A stretch of DNA of 64,000 bases, taken from contig CAXXGO010000006.1 of assembly GCA_963666835.2 (NCBI GenBank), forward strand, positions 704,001 to 768,000. The letters are read 5' to 3'. Below the pieces are notes generated by a model that was not told where the DNA came from, did no database searches, and saw only the letters and a list, made by a program, of their open reading frames with translations. This DNA comes from Phycisphaerae bacterium. GTDB lineage: Bacteria > Planctomycetota > Phycisphaerae > UBA1845. Shown one piece after another: positions 29,866 through 39,005 of this stretch. Numbering within the stretch: position 1 is the stretch's first letter; every line of letters starts with the position of its first letter. The translations under genes were made by a program, and so were the position numbers.

Positions 29866-30636
29866 ATGACCGAACCGCCGCTCGACCCCCAGGAAGTTCT
29901 CGGGCTCCGCCCCGAGCAACTGCCCCGGCATATTGCGATCATCATGGACGGCAACGGCCGGTGGGCTCAACAGCGCGGGGAACCCCGCATCCGCGGGCAC
30001 GAAGAGGGTGCCAAGAGCGTCCGCAAGGTCGTCACTCACTGCGCCCGCCTCGGAATCGGAGCTCTCACCCTGTATAGCTTCAGCACCGAGAACTGGCGGC
30101 GGCCTCCCGATGAAGTCAACTTCCTGATGGACCTTTATGTGCGGTACCTTATGGCCGAGCGCGAGACCATCATGAACAACAACGTCCGGTTCCTCCACGT
30201 CGGCCGGCGTAGCGGGCTACCGGACGCGGTGCTCGCCGAAATGGACCGGACCGTCGAAATGAGCCGGGCGAATTCCGGGCTCAAGCTGTGCTTGGCGCTG
30301 AACTACGGTTCGCGCGATGAGATCGTCGAAGCCGTTCGTGCCATTGCGAATCGCGCTGTGGCCGGGACAGTCAAACCCGAGGAGATCGACGAGCCCATGA
30401 TATCGAACGCACTCTACACGGCCGGGCTGCCCGATCCGGATTTGTTGATCCGCACGGCCAGCGAGCGGCGTTTGAGTAACTTCCTATTATGGCAGATCAG
30501 CTACGCCGAGTTTCACGTTTGTGACACCGCCTGGCCCGACTTCGGGGCCGAAGAGCTGAACGCTGCGATCACTGACTATGCCAACCGCGAACGCCGGTTC
30601 GGCGGCGTCTCAACCCCGGCGCGCGGCGCCACGTAA
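29866..30636 (+). CDS. uppS: Undecaprenyl diphosphate synthase (isoprenyl transferase)
   Basis: HIAIIMDGNGRWA, YSFSTENWRRP, LNYGSR, PDLLIRT, RLSNFLLWQISYAE, RERRFGG. Confidence 0.96.
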   Translation: MTEPPLDPQEVLGLRPEQLPRHIAIIMDGNGRWAQQRGEPRIRGHEEGAKSVRKVVTHCARLGIGALTLYSFSTENWRRPPDEVNFLMDLYVRYLMAERETIMNNNVRFLHVGRRSGLPDAVLAEMDRTVEMSRANSGLKLCLALNYGSRDEIVEAVRAIANRAVAGTVKPEEIDEPMISNALYTAGLPDPDLLIRTASERRLSNFLLWQISYAEFHVCDTAWPDFGAEELNAAITDYANRERRFGGVSTPARGAT

Positions 30637-30650
30637 CGCAGGCTTCCTGC

Positions 30651-32187
30651 CAATAATGTCCGGAACCCGTTGATTTCACGGCGGATCCGGGCTCGCTGGC
30701 GTGAGCCGCGAGCTGAGGCGGTGCGCGGGCGGCGCAGGCCCCGTGGAGCGACGGGCGCAAGCTGCCTTACTCGGCGCATACCGATAGCCGCGCTGGTCGG
30801 GCTGCGGACCGGCGCGGAACGCTACTTCCTGTTTTTTTCGCGTTGCCGTTCGGCGGCGCGGCGGCGTTCACGACGCCGTCGCTCAGCAATCTCGAACGAT
30901 CCTTGCCGCGGCATTAACCCGGAAACTACGGCTGAGACAATCACAAAGTCGTATTTCGATGGCCGCGAGCCAGTCTCGACCGCGATCAGCAGCAACGCCA
31001 CCATCATCACGTAGACCTGCACGGTCATCCCGGATTCGTCTTCCGAGAAGAAATGCTGGAAACTCGCAGAACTCTTCAGCCATCGGAAGAACAGCTCTAC
31101 TTGCCACCGGTGCTGGTAGATCAGCGCGATCATCCAGGCCGGGATGTCCAACAAGTCCGTAAGCAAACGCATCCGCTTCTGTTTACCTTCGCGGTCGGTG
31201 AACTCGACCACTACCTCACGTAAACGCGGTAAGTCGTGCGCCTCGGGATCAACGCCCAAGGTAACCTCGGTGTCGATCGCAACACCTGCGGCCACATCCT
31301 CATCGCTGAGCGGTTTGACCCTTACGGAATTGGTATGCACGTTCTTACGCAAACGCACGACGAAGGAACTCTTGACCTTAATGATTTCCTCGAGGAGGCC
31401 ATACGATTGAAAACCGCGGTCCATGACGTACAGGCAATCGGGCTCAAGATGCGTTCCGAGCACCTTGGCTTCACGCATCTGTCCATCCGTGACCGTGCAA
31501 CATTCGGGAACGCCCTTGAGGACATCGAAATCGACGTGCACGCGGATCTGGCCCTTACGGACCCCCTTCTTCTCGGATTGGTTGTACAACGCCCAGGCGA
31601 TTCGCGGAGCCACCGCGAAGAAGGTGCCGTCGACGGCCAGGAGCTTCTGTGTCAGGCTATCCAGGCGGTTGTCATGCGGTTGGATGTCGGCACGCTCCAC
31701 AAGCGAGTCGATCAACGGCAGCAGTAGGGCCGGGTCGAAGACCTTCTGGGCGTCGGAGACTGTGCTCTTGGGCATCCGAGGGATTCCATACCGCTTTCGA
31801 ATCCGAGGATGTTCGAAGAGATCCTCGATGCTGCGCAGGCCTGTAACCGACGGGTTGAAGAAGGCCAACAGGTGAGCCACCACCAGTTGATCGTAGAACA
31901 CGTCCCGGTTGGCGTGGGCCGGCTGGTCATGGAGGTGTTCGAGGTAGTCTTCGATCAGTCGTGTGTAGCGGATTCCGATCAAATCGGGCGGCAACTTGGC
32001 CCGGCGCGCACGCCTTTTGCGCTTCTCCTCTGCTTTCTGGGCTTTCTTTCGCCTGCGCGTCATCGTGCCCAGAGTAGAGCACAAAGTGAGGCTGGGCGCA
32101 AGTTTGGTTTATGTTAGGTTGGCTGCACGCCTTCTGAGGGCCCGCGCCCACCGCCCCGAACTCCCCCGAGAATCCCGGACACTATTG
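30651..32187 (-). mobile_element. IS4-family insertion sequence, copy 1 (1537 bp)
   Basis: Terminal inverted repeats CAATAATGTCCGG / CAATAGTGTCCGG (12 of 13 match) enclosing a DDE transposase; near-identical copy starts at 63223. Confidence 0.92.
30822..32063 (-). CDS. IS4 family transposase
   Basis: AVDGT, MDRGF, Y..RWQVELFFRWLK (YREK motif). Confidence 0.93.
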   Translation of the reverse strand: MTRRRKKAQKAEEKRKRRARRAKLPPDLIGIRYTRLIEDYLEHLHDQPAHANRDVFYDQLVVAHLLAFFNPSVTGLRSIEDLFEHPRIRKRYGIPRMPKSTVSDAQKVFDPALLLPLIDSLVERADIQPHDNRLDSLTQKLLAVDGTFFAVAPRIAWALYNQSEKKGVRKGQIRVHVDFDVLKGVPECCTVTDGQMREAKVLGTHLEPDCLYVMDRGFQSYGLLEEIIKVKSSFVVRLRKNVHTNSVRVKPLSDEDVAAGVAIDTEVTLGVDPEAHDLPRLREVVVEFTDREGKQKRMRLLTDLLDIPAWMIALIYQHRWQVELFFRWLKSSASFQHFFSEDESGMTVQVYVMMVALLLIAVETGSRPSKYDFVIVSAVVSGLMPRQGSFEIAERRRRERRRAAERQREKNRK

Positions 32188-32385
32188 GCAAGATGCCTGC
32201 GTTACGGGTGCGCGTCCCCCACGGCTAAAGCCATGGGCCACCCGTTCTACACAATCAGTACGGCAAGCGTGAGCGACCCGCCCTATGCCATCGGCGTGGC
32301 GTGACCCACGGGTCAACAAGTTGGCCCATGCCACCCACGCGGCACCAATGTAGGGCAGGTCGAGGAACGAGACCTGCCGCAACGG
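32188..32385. repeat. Mosaic repeat cluster adjacent to the IS
   Basis: Half REP (32188-32206), GGCTAAAGCCATGGGCCACCCG unit, and a ~130-bp module CAATCAGTACGGC...GTAGGGCAGGTCGAGG also at 35360 and 35825. Confidence 0.75.
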
Positions 32386-32476
32386 CTGTTAACCGGCGGA
32401 TGGCGAGCCCGGAGCCGGGGCGATAAGCCACCGGCTCCGAGCGCGCTTTCAGATTCAACCCGCCGACCGCGGACTA

Positions 32477-32803
32477 CTAAATCGTCCCGCACGGGCAGGC
32501 GACCTCAATCTCGTCTTGCTCACAGCCGGATCCGAAGCGTTCTTCACAGTCTAGACCATCCCAACAACAGACCGCCATCGGCTCCCCGTTTCCGGGATCG
32601 GTCGGATCTGCGCGCAAAGCGTCGGGCATTTGCACCGGCTCGATAGCCGCCGGCAGCGGCGTTGGAGCAACGTCAACCGCCGCGTCCTTCGCCGAGGCAT
32701 CGGCTCCGACCATAACCGCCAACAGGCCCAGCAGAATGAAGCTTACTCCGAGAGTCCTCGTATTGACCAACCGGCGTGCGATACTCCCATAGTCACTCGA
32801 CAT
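32477..32803 (-). CDS. Small exported protein with Cys-rich C-terminus
   Basis: Hydrophobic signal/TM segment, Pro-rich linker, AVCCWDGLDC...C...ACPC; upstream AAGGAAG RBS-like sequence. Confidence 0.6.
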   Translation of the reverse strand: MSSDYGSIARRLVNTRTLGVSFILLGLLAVMVGADASAKDAAVDVAPTPLPAAIEPVQMPDALRADPTDPGNGEPMAVCCWDGLDCEERFGSGCEQDEIEVACPCGTI

Positions 32804-33251
32804 TTGACACTTCCTTTCATCTTCTGAGCGCGTACGTTCTCCGGGACCGAGGTGCCGAGCGTTTGACACATCAGCCGTTTCCGATTAGGAATGTGCCGCG
32901 GTCACAAACCGGACGGCGGGGATGTAAGCCCGAAACACCGAACGCGTGCATGCCGTGCGGGATGCCCGCTATGACCGGTGCATCTGCATCGGTCGGGGCG
33001 TCCCGGTCGGCAGGAAGGCCCCGAAGGACCTCGGCGCGCAGAGCAAGCCCGCCGGCGCGCTGAAGTTCGTTCAAACGCACCAGGCCGCGTTTTAGGGCGA
33101 GACAAACTCGCCCGCCCCCGCGACCTTTGGGGGTGTCTCAGGCTCTACATCTCGTCGTCTACCCTTACCCGGACAGATTCGAGGGCGTGATTTTCGCGCG
33201 CGTGGTATTTTTTTGAGTTTTTTTTTGGCGAGGTCTTGTGGAGTGTCTCTG

Positions 33252-33782
33252 CGGGTGCCCCGTCCTTCGCCGTGGGGCTCATCGCGGTAGGCAGAGAGCC
33301 TCGTATTCAGACGCGGTTACGGTATGCGCGCCACGTTTCAGGCGAAGGGTGGGGAATCGATTGCGGAGGGGGAGTGTTTTTCGGGTTTTCGTCCGTCCCC
33401 CACCCATTCCGGCGGGGAGGCGGCGTGGCTACTGCAGATCGACAGACGCCGGAATGGATGGGGCACCCGCGCAGATGGCGGATAGCGTTGTCGGAATGGA
33501 TCGAGCAGCGCCGGCGGGTGAAGGGCACGGTCGAGGTACGAGACCTGCCACAACGGCGCGCATTGTCCCAAGCCATGTCCGGGGAACAGCGTTGTTCGGT
33601 GCATTGCGCGAGGTGCTGCAGGCAGGATGCCTGCGCTACGTGATGGTGTCCCCCACGACTAAAGCCATGAGCCACCCGCGTGGGTGCGATCTCGGATGTG
33701 TTCCCGTCCCGGCGGGCCGGCGGACGCTTGCGGGGATCGCGCGAATACCAACGGCAGGTCTCGTACCTCGACCATGCCCTAC
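33252..33782. repeat. Mosaic intergenic repeat cluster
   Basis: Family D copy 33340-33470, inverted GTAG-REP pair 33520-33549/33753-33782, family-2 REP ~33618-33640, CTAAAGCCATGAGCCACCCG unit. Confidence 0.8.
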
Positions 33783-33968
33783 ACTCGCTGCCGTACGGTA
33801 AACCGTCCCGTTGGCGACGCGGGTATATGGCCGTGGGTGGATTGCAGCGGGCGTCGGTGTGCCCTCGCGATCCAACTGGCAAAATAAGACACCTAATTCG
33901 GGAACAGATTCGGATCGGGGGTCTTATTATGGGTGTGAGGACGACGTGATCATGGTCGTGAGGGTGAA

Positions 33969-34565
33969 GTGAGTTTGGTTCAGACCCAGGCAGGTGCAAT
34001 CGAGATCGCTACGGCGGCGATGGAGCCGGAGCACGAGCTGATCGAGCGGGTAGCGCGAGATCGGGAGGCTTTCGGTGCGTTCTACGAGCGGTATTGCCCG
34101 ATGCTCTCGGCGTATGTGTATCGCCGGACGGGCGACGTGCATGCCACCGAAGACCTCGTGGCCGACGTGTTCCTGATCGTCATTCGGAAGATCTCCGGGT
34201 ACCGATGCCGGGGAATCCCCGTGCGGTTCTGGCTCATGCGGATCGCGACGAATGTCGTGAATCGCTGGGCTCGGCGGCAACGGCGCGGGGCGCTGAAGTC
34301 CCTCAAGGCCGACGAACTGATCGACGAATCCGGGTCGTCCTCACAAGGCGCAGGCGACGAAGAGCACCTTCAGCGTGCGCTGTTATCGCTACCGCCGAGG
34401 TACCAGGCCGTGCTGGCGCTGTGCCACCTGGAGGGCCTCTCCGGTAAGGAGGCCTCCGCGATTCTGGGCATCCGCGAAGGCACGGTGAGATCAAGATTGG
34501 CGCGAGCGCGTGACGCACTCCGCATGAAACTGAGCGAACGGAGACAGTACCGTGCAAGATCATAA
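33969..34565 (+). CDS. ECF RNA polymerase sigma factor
   Basis: EDLVADVFL, WLMRIATN, LPPRYQAVLAL..LEGLS..E...LGIREGTVRSRLARAR. Confidence 0.92.
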   Translation: MSLVQTQAGAIEIATAAMEPEHELIERVARDREAFGAFYERYCPMLSAYVYRRTGDVHATEDLVADVFLIVIRKISGYRCRGIPVRFWLMRIATNVVNRWARRQRRGALKSLKADELIDESGSSSQGAGDEEHLQRALLSLPPRYQAVLALCHLEGLSGKEASAILGIREGTVRSRLARARDALRMKLSERRQYRARS

Positions 34566-35172
34566 CGATCCGGTTGACGAAGCGCTCGAGTCTCTTGCGG
34601 GCCGAGGACGACCCGCAGGTTTTCGCGAACATCAGATTAAGGAGAAGCTCATGCAGGAGATCGGACCTAATAATCCGGCGGCCCGTGGGGGCGGCCGCCG
34701 CGTGTTGATGGCTATCTTGGGCCTGCTCGTTCTGGGCAGTGTCGGGTTCGCCGCGGCCGGCGGGATCGAGGCGGTTCAGAGCTGGCTGATTACCGTAGAG
34801 GTGAACGGTGAGCAGATCGACGTTCAAACCACCGCCGAAATCGAGATCTACGAAAGCGATGAAGAAATCGCCGTTTGGCTCGATCGCACCGGGATCGCCA
34901 CCGACACGGACCAGCCTTCTCTGGCCAGGATCACGATCGCTCCCGATCCTGATCAGGACGGCGCGTTCACCATTCAAAGTGAAGACGGCGAGCCGAAAAC
35001 CGTTCATTTCACCGACGTGTCGGAGGACGGCGCCGCGACCATAACCATCGCCGATATTGAGGAGCCCGCCACAATATTGCGGGGCAGCGTCGGCGGCGAG
35101 ATGACTACGGTTACCGTTACGGTCGCCAAACCGGAGCCCGAAGAGGCTGACGAAACCGAAGCGGACGAGTAG
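34552..35172 (+). CDS. Putative membrane-anchored anti-sigma factor
   Basis: Overlaps the ECF gene; short cytoplasmic N-terminus, one TM helix, acidic periplasmic domain. Confidence 0.65.
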   Translation: MQDHNDPVDEALESLAGRGRPAGFREHQIKEKLMQEIGPNNPAARGGGRRVLMAILGLLVLGSVGFAAAGGIEAVQSWLITVEVNGEQIDVQTTAEIEIYESDEEIAVWLDRTGIATDTDQPSLARITIAPDPDQDGAFTIQSEDGEPKTVHFTDVSEDGAATITIADIEEPATILRGSVGGEMTTVTVTVAKPEPEEADETEADE

Positions 35173-35359
35173 ATCCCGCTACGACCGGCTTTGGGAAGAG
35201 GGGCGGGCGGGTACCCAGCCGAGACCATCTCTGGATGACGCGAGCGGGCATCTGCCCGGAGCCGGTCCACCCTCCTTTCGGCAGAACGTCGAGCGCCCGC
35301 GATGCAGTTGGTGTCGCGGGTGCTTTATTGTGCCTGCGCCCGTGACATTAGGCGCGCCG

Positions 35360-36138
35360 CAATCAGTACGGCGAGCGTGAGCCACCCGCTCTATGCCTCC
35401 GGTCTCTCACGCCCACGAATCAACAGGTTGCCCCATGCCACCCATGCGGCACCCTTGTAGGGCATGGTCGAGGAACGAGACCTGCCGTTGTTTTCGCGCG
35501 ATGTGCACCATGTAAACTCACGCCGAAGGCGTTTCACAGCAAAGCCCAGGGTAAACGAAGCGGCGTAGCCGCGCAGTGCCACCCTGGGTCACGAAGCCCC
35601 CTTGCGCACCAACCCCGAAGTGAGTTGAACAACGCCGCAACCCCATCGGGGTTGATCTTCGATGTGACCGTGATCCCAGGGTAGCCGCTGCGCGGCAACC
35701 CTGGGCTATAGGACGCAACGCCTACCTTCCTGACATATGTCACTATCTTCGGCGTATTTCGCCTGCGGCCGGGTGGCCCATGGCTTCACCCGTGCGGGAC
35801 TCAAACCGTCGTCTGGGTGCTACGCAATCAGTACGGCGAGCGTAAGCGACCCGCTTCGTGCCCCTGGGCGTGTCACGCCCCACGGCTCAACAAGTTGACA
35901 CGTGACACCCAGGTGGCACCGTACGTAGGGCAGGTCGAGGCACGAGACCTGCCGCAACAGCGCGCATCGCGCGAAGGCTGCGTAACGATTCGAGTCCCCC
36001 ACCTCTAAAGAGGCGGGCCACCCAGCCACATGACACTCCGGTGTCACCGTACGTAGGGCAGGTCGAGGTACGAGACCTGCCGCAACAGCGAGCATCGCGC
36101 GAAGGCTGCGTGACGATTCGAGTCCCCCACCTCTAAAG
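35360..36138. repeat. Dense mosaic repeat cluster with 128-bp-period tandem duplication
   Basis: ~130-bp modules at 35360 and 35825; CCCAGGGT..ACCCTGGG palindromes at 35545-35588 and 35675-35706; duplicated 35917-36010 / 36045-36138. Confidence 0.85.
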
Positions 36139-36314
36139 GGCTTGTCGGTTTAATCGATTTCGCGAGATTTAGATGGCTGGCTCGGAGCCAAAACATAGGT
36201 TTTCATTCTTGACAGCCAACTCGTGCGCTCGATTTCGATTAAATCGACAGCCCCTAAAGAGGCGGGCCACCCGGCTTCGGCGTATTTTGCCTACGGCCGG
36301 GAGGCCGCACAATC

Positions 36315-38123
36315 TTACATCTTCTCCAGAGTCTTGATGCCCAGCAGGTCCAGCCCGAGCTGGAGGGTGCGGGCGGTCAGATCGCACAACCGCAAGCGCG
36401 ATAGCCGCGTGGCTTCCGGCGACGCGTCAATGACGCGAACGCCCAGCTTCTTGTCGTAGAACCGGCTGAACTGCTTGGCCAGGTCAAACAGGTAATCGGT
36501 CAGCAGGTTCGGGCGCAAGTCGCGGCCCAGCATCCTGACGACGTCGACGAACTGCAAGAGCTTTGCGGCCAGCGCCAGCTCCGCCGGATGCTCGAGCGCC
36601 ACCGGCAGATCGCGCGGTAGCGTCTCGAAGTCAATATCGGCCTTGCGGGCAATCGAACGAATCCGGGCGTAGGCGTAGAGCATGTACGGGGCGGTGTTCC
36701 CCTCCAAAGCCAGCATGGTATCGAGGTCGAATTTGTAGTCGCTTGCCAAAGAGTGCGACAGATCGGCGTATCTGACCGCTCCCAGGCCCACCGTTTCGGC
36801 GATTCGGGTAATCTCGTCCGAAGTGAACGCCCGATCGGACTTGCCCGCATCGTCAACCTGCTGCTCCACAACCCGCCGCGCCCGTGCGACGGCCTCGTCC
36901 AACAGATCCCGCAGTTTCACCGTACCGCCTTCGCGCGTTTTGAAGGGTCTGCCGTCGGCGGCCAGCATGTTCCCAAAACCAAGGTGGACCATTGACACGT
37001 CGTCGCCTGCCAGCCCGACCTTCCGAGCGGCCGCGAAGACCATGTCCAGATGCTGCTTCTGGGCCAGCCCGACCACGTAGATCAGACGCTTGGCCGCCAG
37101 CTCTTCAACCCGATGCACGATGGTGGTCAGGTCGGAGGTCGCGTAGTTGAACGCCCCGTCGGACTTCTGCACGATCAACGGCAGGGGATCACCGTCGCGC
37201 GTAGTGAAACCCTCCAAAAAGACGCACAGGGCTCCATCACTTTCGCGCACGGCCCCACCCGGTTCACTTTTCTCGATGTCCTTGAGTCGTTGGACCAGGG
37301 TTTCCATCCCGGCGGTGTAGAAGCTCTCGCCGCGGTCGATCACCTCAACCCCGAGCCGGTCGTAGATGGCGTGACAATGGCGTAAGGACTCGTCGCAAAA
37401 GGCCTGCCAGATCTTCCGGGTATGCGGGTCGCCCTGCTGCAAGGCAACCACGGTTTCGCGCGATTCATTCTTGAAATCGTCGTCCGCGTCGAACCGGGCT
37501 TTCGCTTCGACGTAGAACGACTCTAAATCGCGGATGACCAGCTCGTCCGGGCTCTCGGCCACGTCCGGGCGGACCCGGCGAAGGTGGGCCACCAACATCC
37601 CGAACTGCGTGCCCCAATCGCCCACGTGGTTTTCGCGATGGACGGTGTGCCCCTCGAACTCCAGAACCCGGGCCACGCAATCGCCGATCACCGTGCTGCG
37701 CAGGTGGCCGACGTGCATTTCTTTGGCCAGGTTCGGACTGGACAGATCGACGACGCAAACCGTCGGCTCCGCCACCCGAGCGATGCCCAACCGATCGCCG
37801 TCGGGCTCTCCAACCGGTGGGATCTCCTCCAGACACCGGGCGAAGTACTCCGGCCTGATCTTGAAATTGATGAACCCGGGTCCGGCGATTTCCGGCGGTG
37901 CGCAGATATCATCGATGTCCAACTGCTCCACGATCGCCCCGGCGATGTCGCGTGGCTTGCGGCCAAGCTGCTTGCCCAACCCCATAGCGCAGTTTGACTG
38001 GTAGTCTCCGAACTTGCGGTTCTGGGCCACCGTTATCAGTGGGTCGCCGACTCCGCCGACTCGTTGAATCGCTTCTTGGACACGTCGTGAGAGTTCATCA
38101 TGGATAGACTTCAATGCTCGCAA
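36315..38123 (-). CDS. argS: Arginine--tRNA ligase
   Basis: GDYQSN, IAGPGFIN, SSPNLAKEMHVGHLRS, GDWGTQFG, KSDG, KTR.G, YAYARIRSI. Confidence 0.97.
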   Translation of the reverse strand: MRALKSIHDELSRRVQEAIQRVGGVGDPLITVAQNRKFGDYQSNCAMGLGKQLGRKPRDIAGAIVEQLDIDDICAPPEIAGPGFINFKIRPEYFARCLEEIPPVGEPDGDRLGIARVAEPTVCVVDLSSPNLAKEMHVGHLRSTVIGDCVARVLEFEGHTVHRENHVGDWGTQFGMLVAHLRRVRPDVAESPDELVIRDLESFYVEAKARFDADDDFKNESRETVVALQQGDPHTRKIWQAFCDESLRHCHAIYDRLGVEVIDRGESFYTAGMETLVQRLKDIEKSEPGGAVRESDGALCVFLEGFTTRDGDPLPLIVQKSDGAFNYATSDLTTIVHRVEELAAKRLIYVVGLAQKQHLDMVFAAARKVGLAGDDVSMVHLGFGNMLAADGRPFKTREGGTVKLRDLLDEAVARARRVVEQQVDDAGKSDRAFTSDEITRIAETVGLGAVRYADLSHSLASDYKFDLDTMLALEGNTAPYMLYAYARIRSIARKADIDFETLPRDLPVALEHPAELALAAKLLQFVDVVRMLGRDLRPNLLTDYLFDLAKQFSRFYDKKLGVRVIDASPEATRLSRLRLCDLTARTLQLGLDLLGIKTLEKM

Positions 38124-38219
38124 ACTCCATCTGACCGGAGGGGAAAAAGGCCTCTGAGCAGAGGATAGTACCCGCGGATGGGCGGCTGGGAAGGGTGGTG
38201 GATCCCACGGACGAGCGGA

Positions 38220-38591
38220 TCAGGCCGAGGCCGACTCGCTACGAGCCCAGTCTACGCGAGGTGCGTCCCCCCAGAGCAGCTCCAGGTCGTAGTACGTCCG
38301 ATATGGCTTGGCGAACCCATGGAACACCACGGTCACGAAGTCCACGAGGACCCAGGTGGCCTGGTCGTACCCGCTTTTGCCGAACGGGCGCTCTCCGTGC
38401 TGCTTGGCGCGTTCGATCACCATGTCGGCCATCGCCCGGATCTGCCGGTCGGACGTGCCGGTGGCGATGACGGTGAAATCAGTAACCGGGCTGATTCCGC
38501 GCAGATCCAGCACGACAACATCCGTGGCCCGCGCGTCATGCGCGACGCGGGCCATCTCGATGGCAAGCTGATGGGCCGTTCCTTCTGACAT
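38220..38591 (-). CDS. rsfS: Ribosome silencing factor
   Basis: DFTVIATGTSDRQ, WVLVDF, R.YYDLE.LWGD. Confidence 0.93.
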   Translation of the reverse strand: MSEGTAHQLAIEMARVAHDARATDVVVLDLRGISPVTDFTVIATGTSDRQIRAMADMVIERAKQHGERPFGKSGYDQATWVLVDFVTVVFHGFAKPYRTYYDLELLWGDAPRVDWARSESASA

Positions 38592-39005
38592 AGGGTTAGT
38601 CTACCCGAAAACAGGTGATTCGGCCACAGTCAAAATTCAGGCGTTACCGGACTCGCCCGTGAGTTCGGTGCAGAGAACTGTCTGATGTGTCTGCCGACAA
38701 ACCGTCCTGCGCGCAAGCGCGAGTGTCGTTATCTCAGTGCCATAATCCGGGATATCAAGCCGAGGATCCTGTGGATCGGTCATGAGAACATGCCCGTGCG
38801 CACCGCTCATCACGAGCGTTACGCCCGACGCCTGGGTCCAGTTCCGGTCCTGTCAGGACAGACGAAACCTCATTATCGCTTTGCGTGGCCTCGTGAGGTG
38901 TGGTAGCCTAGAGCGGTGCGACGGACCCGTGGAGGATCGCGCACGACCTGTTTCGGCCGCTCATGGAGGTGCGGCCTGCTTGGGCACAGGGAGGTAGCCG
39001 AATCG

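Noticed and set aside
33236..33999. Several overlapping ORFs upstream of the ECF gene
   Set aside because: They are translations of the mosaic repeat cluster.
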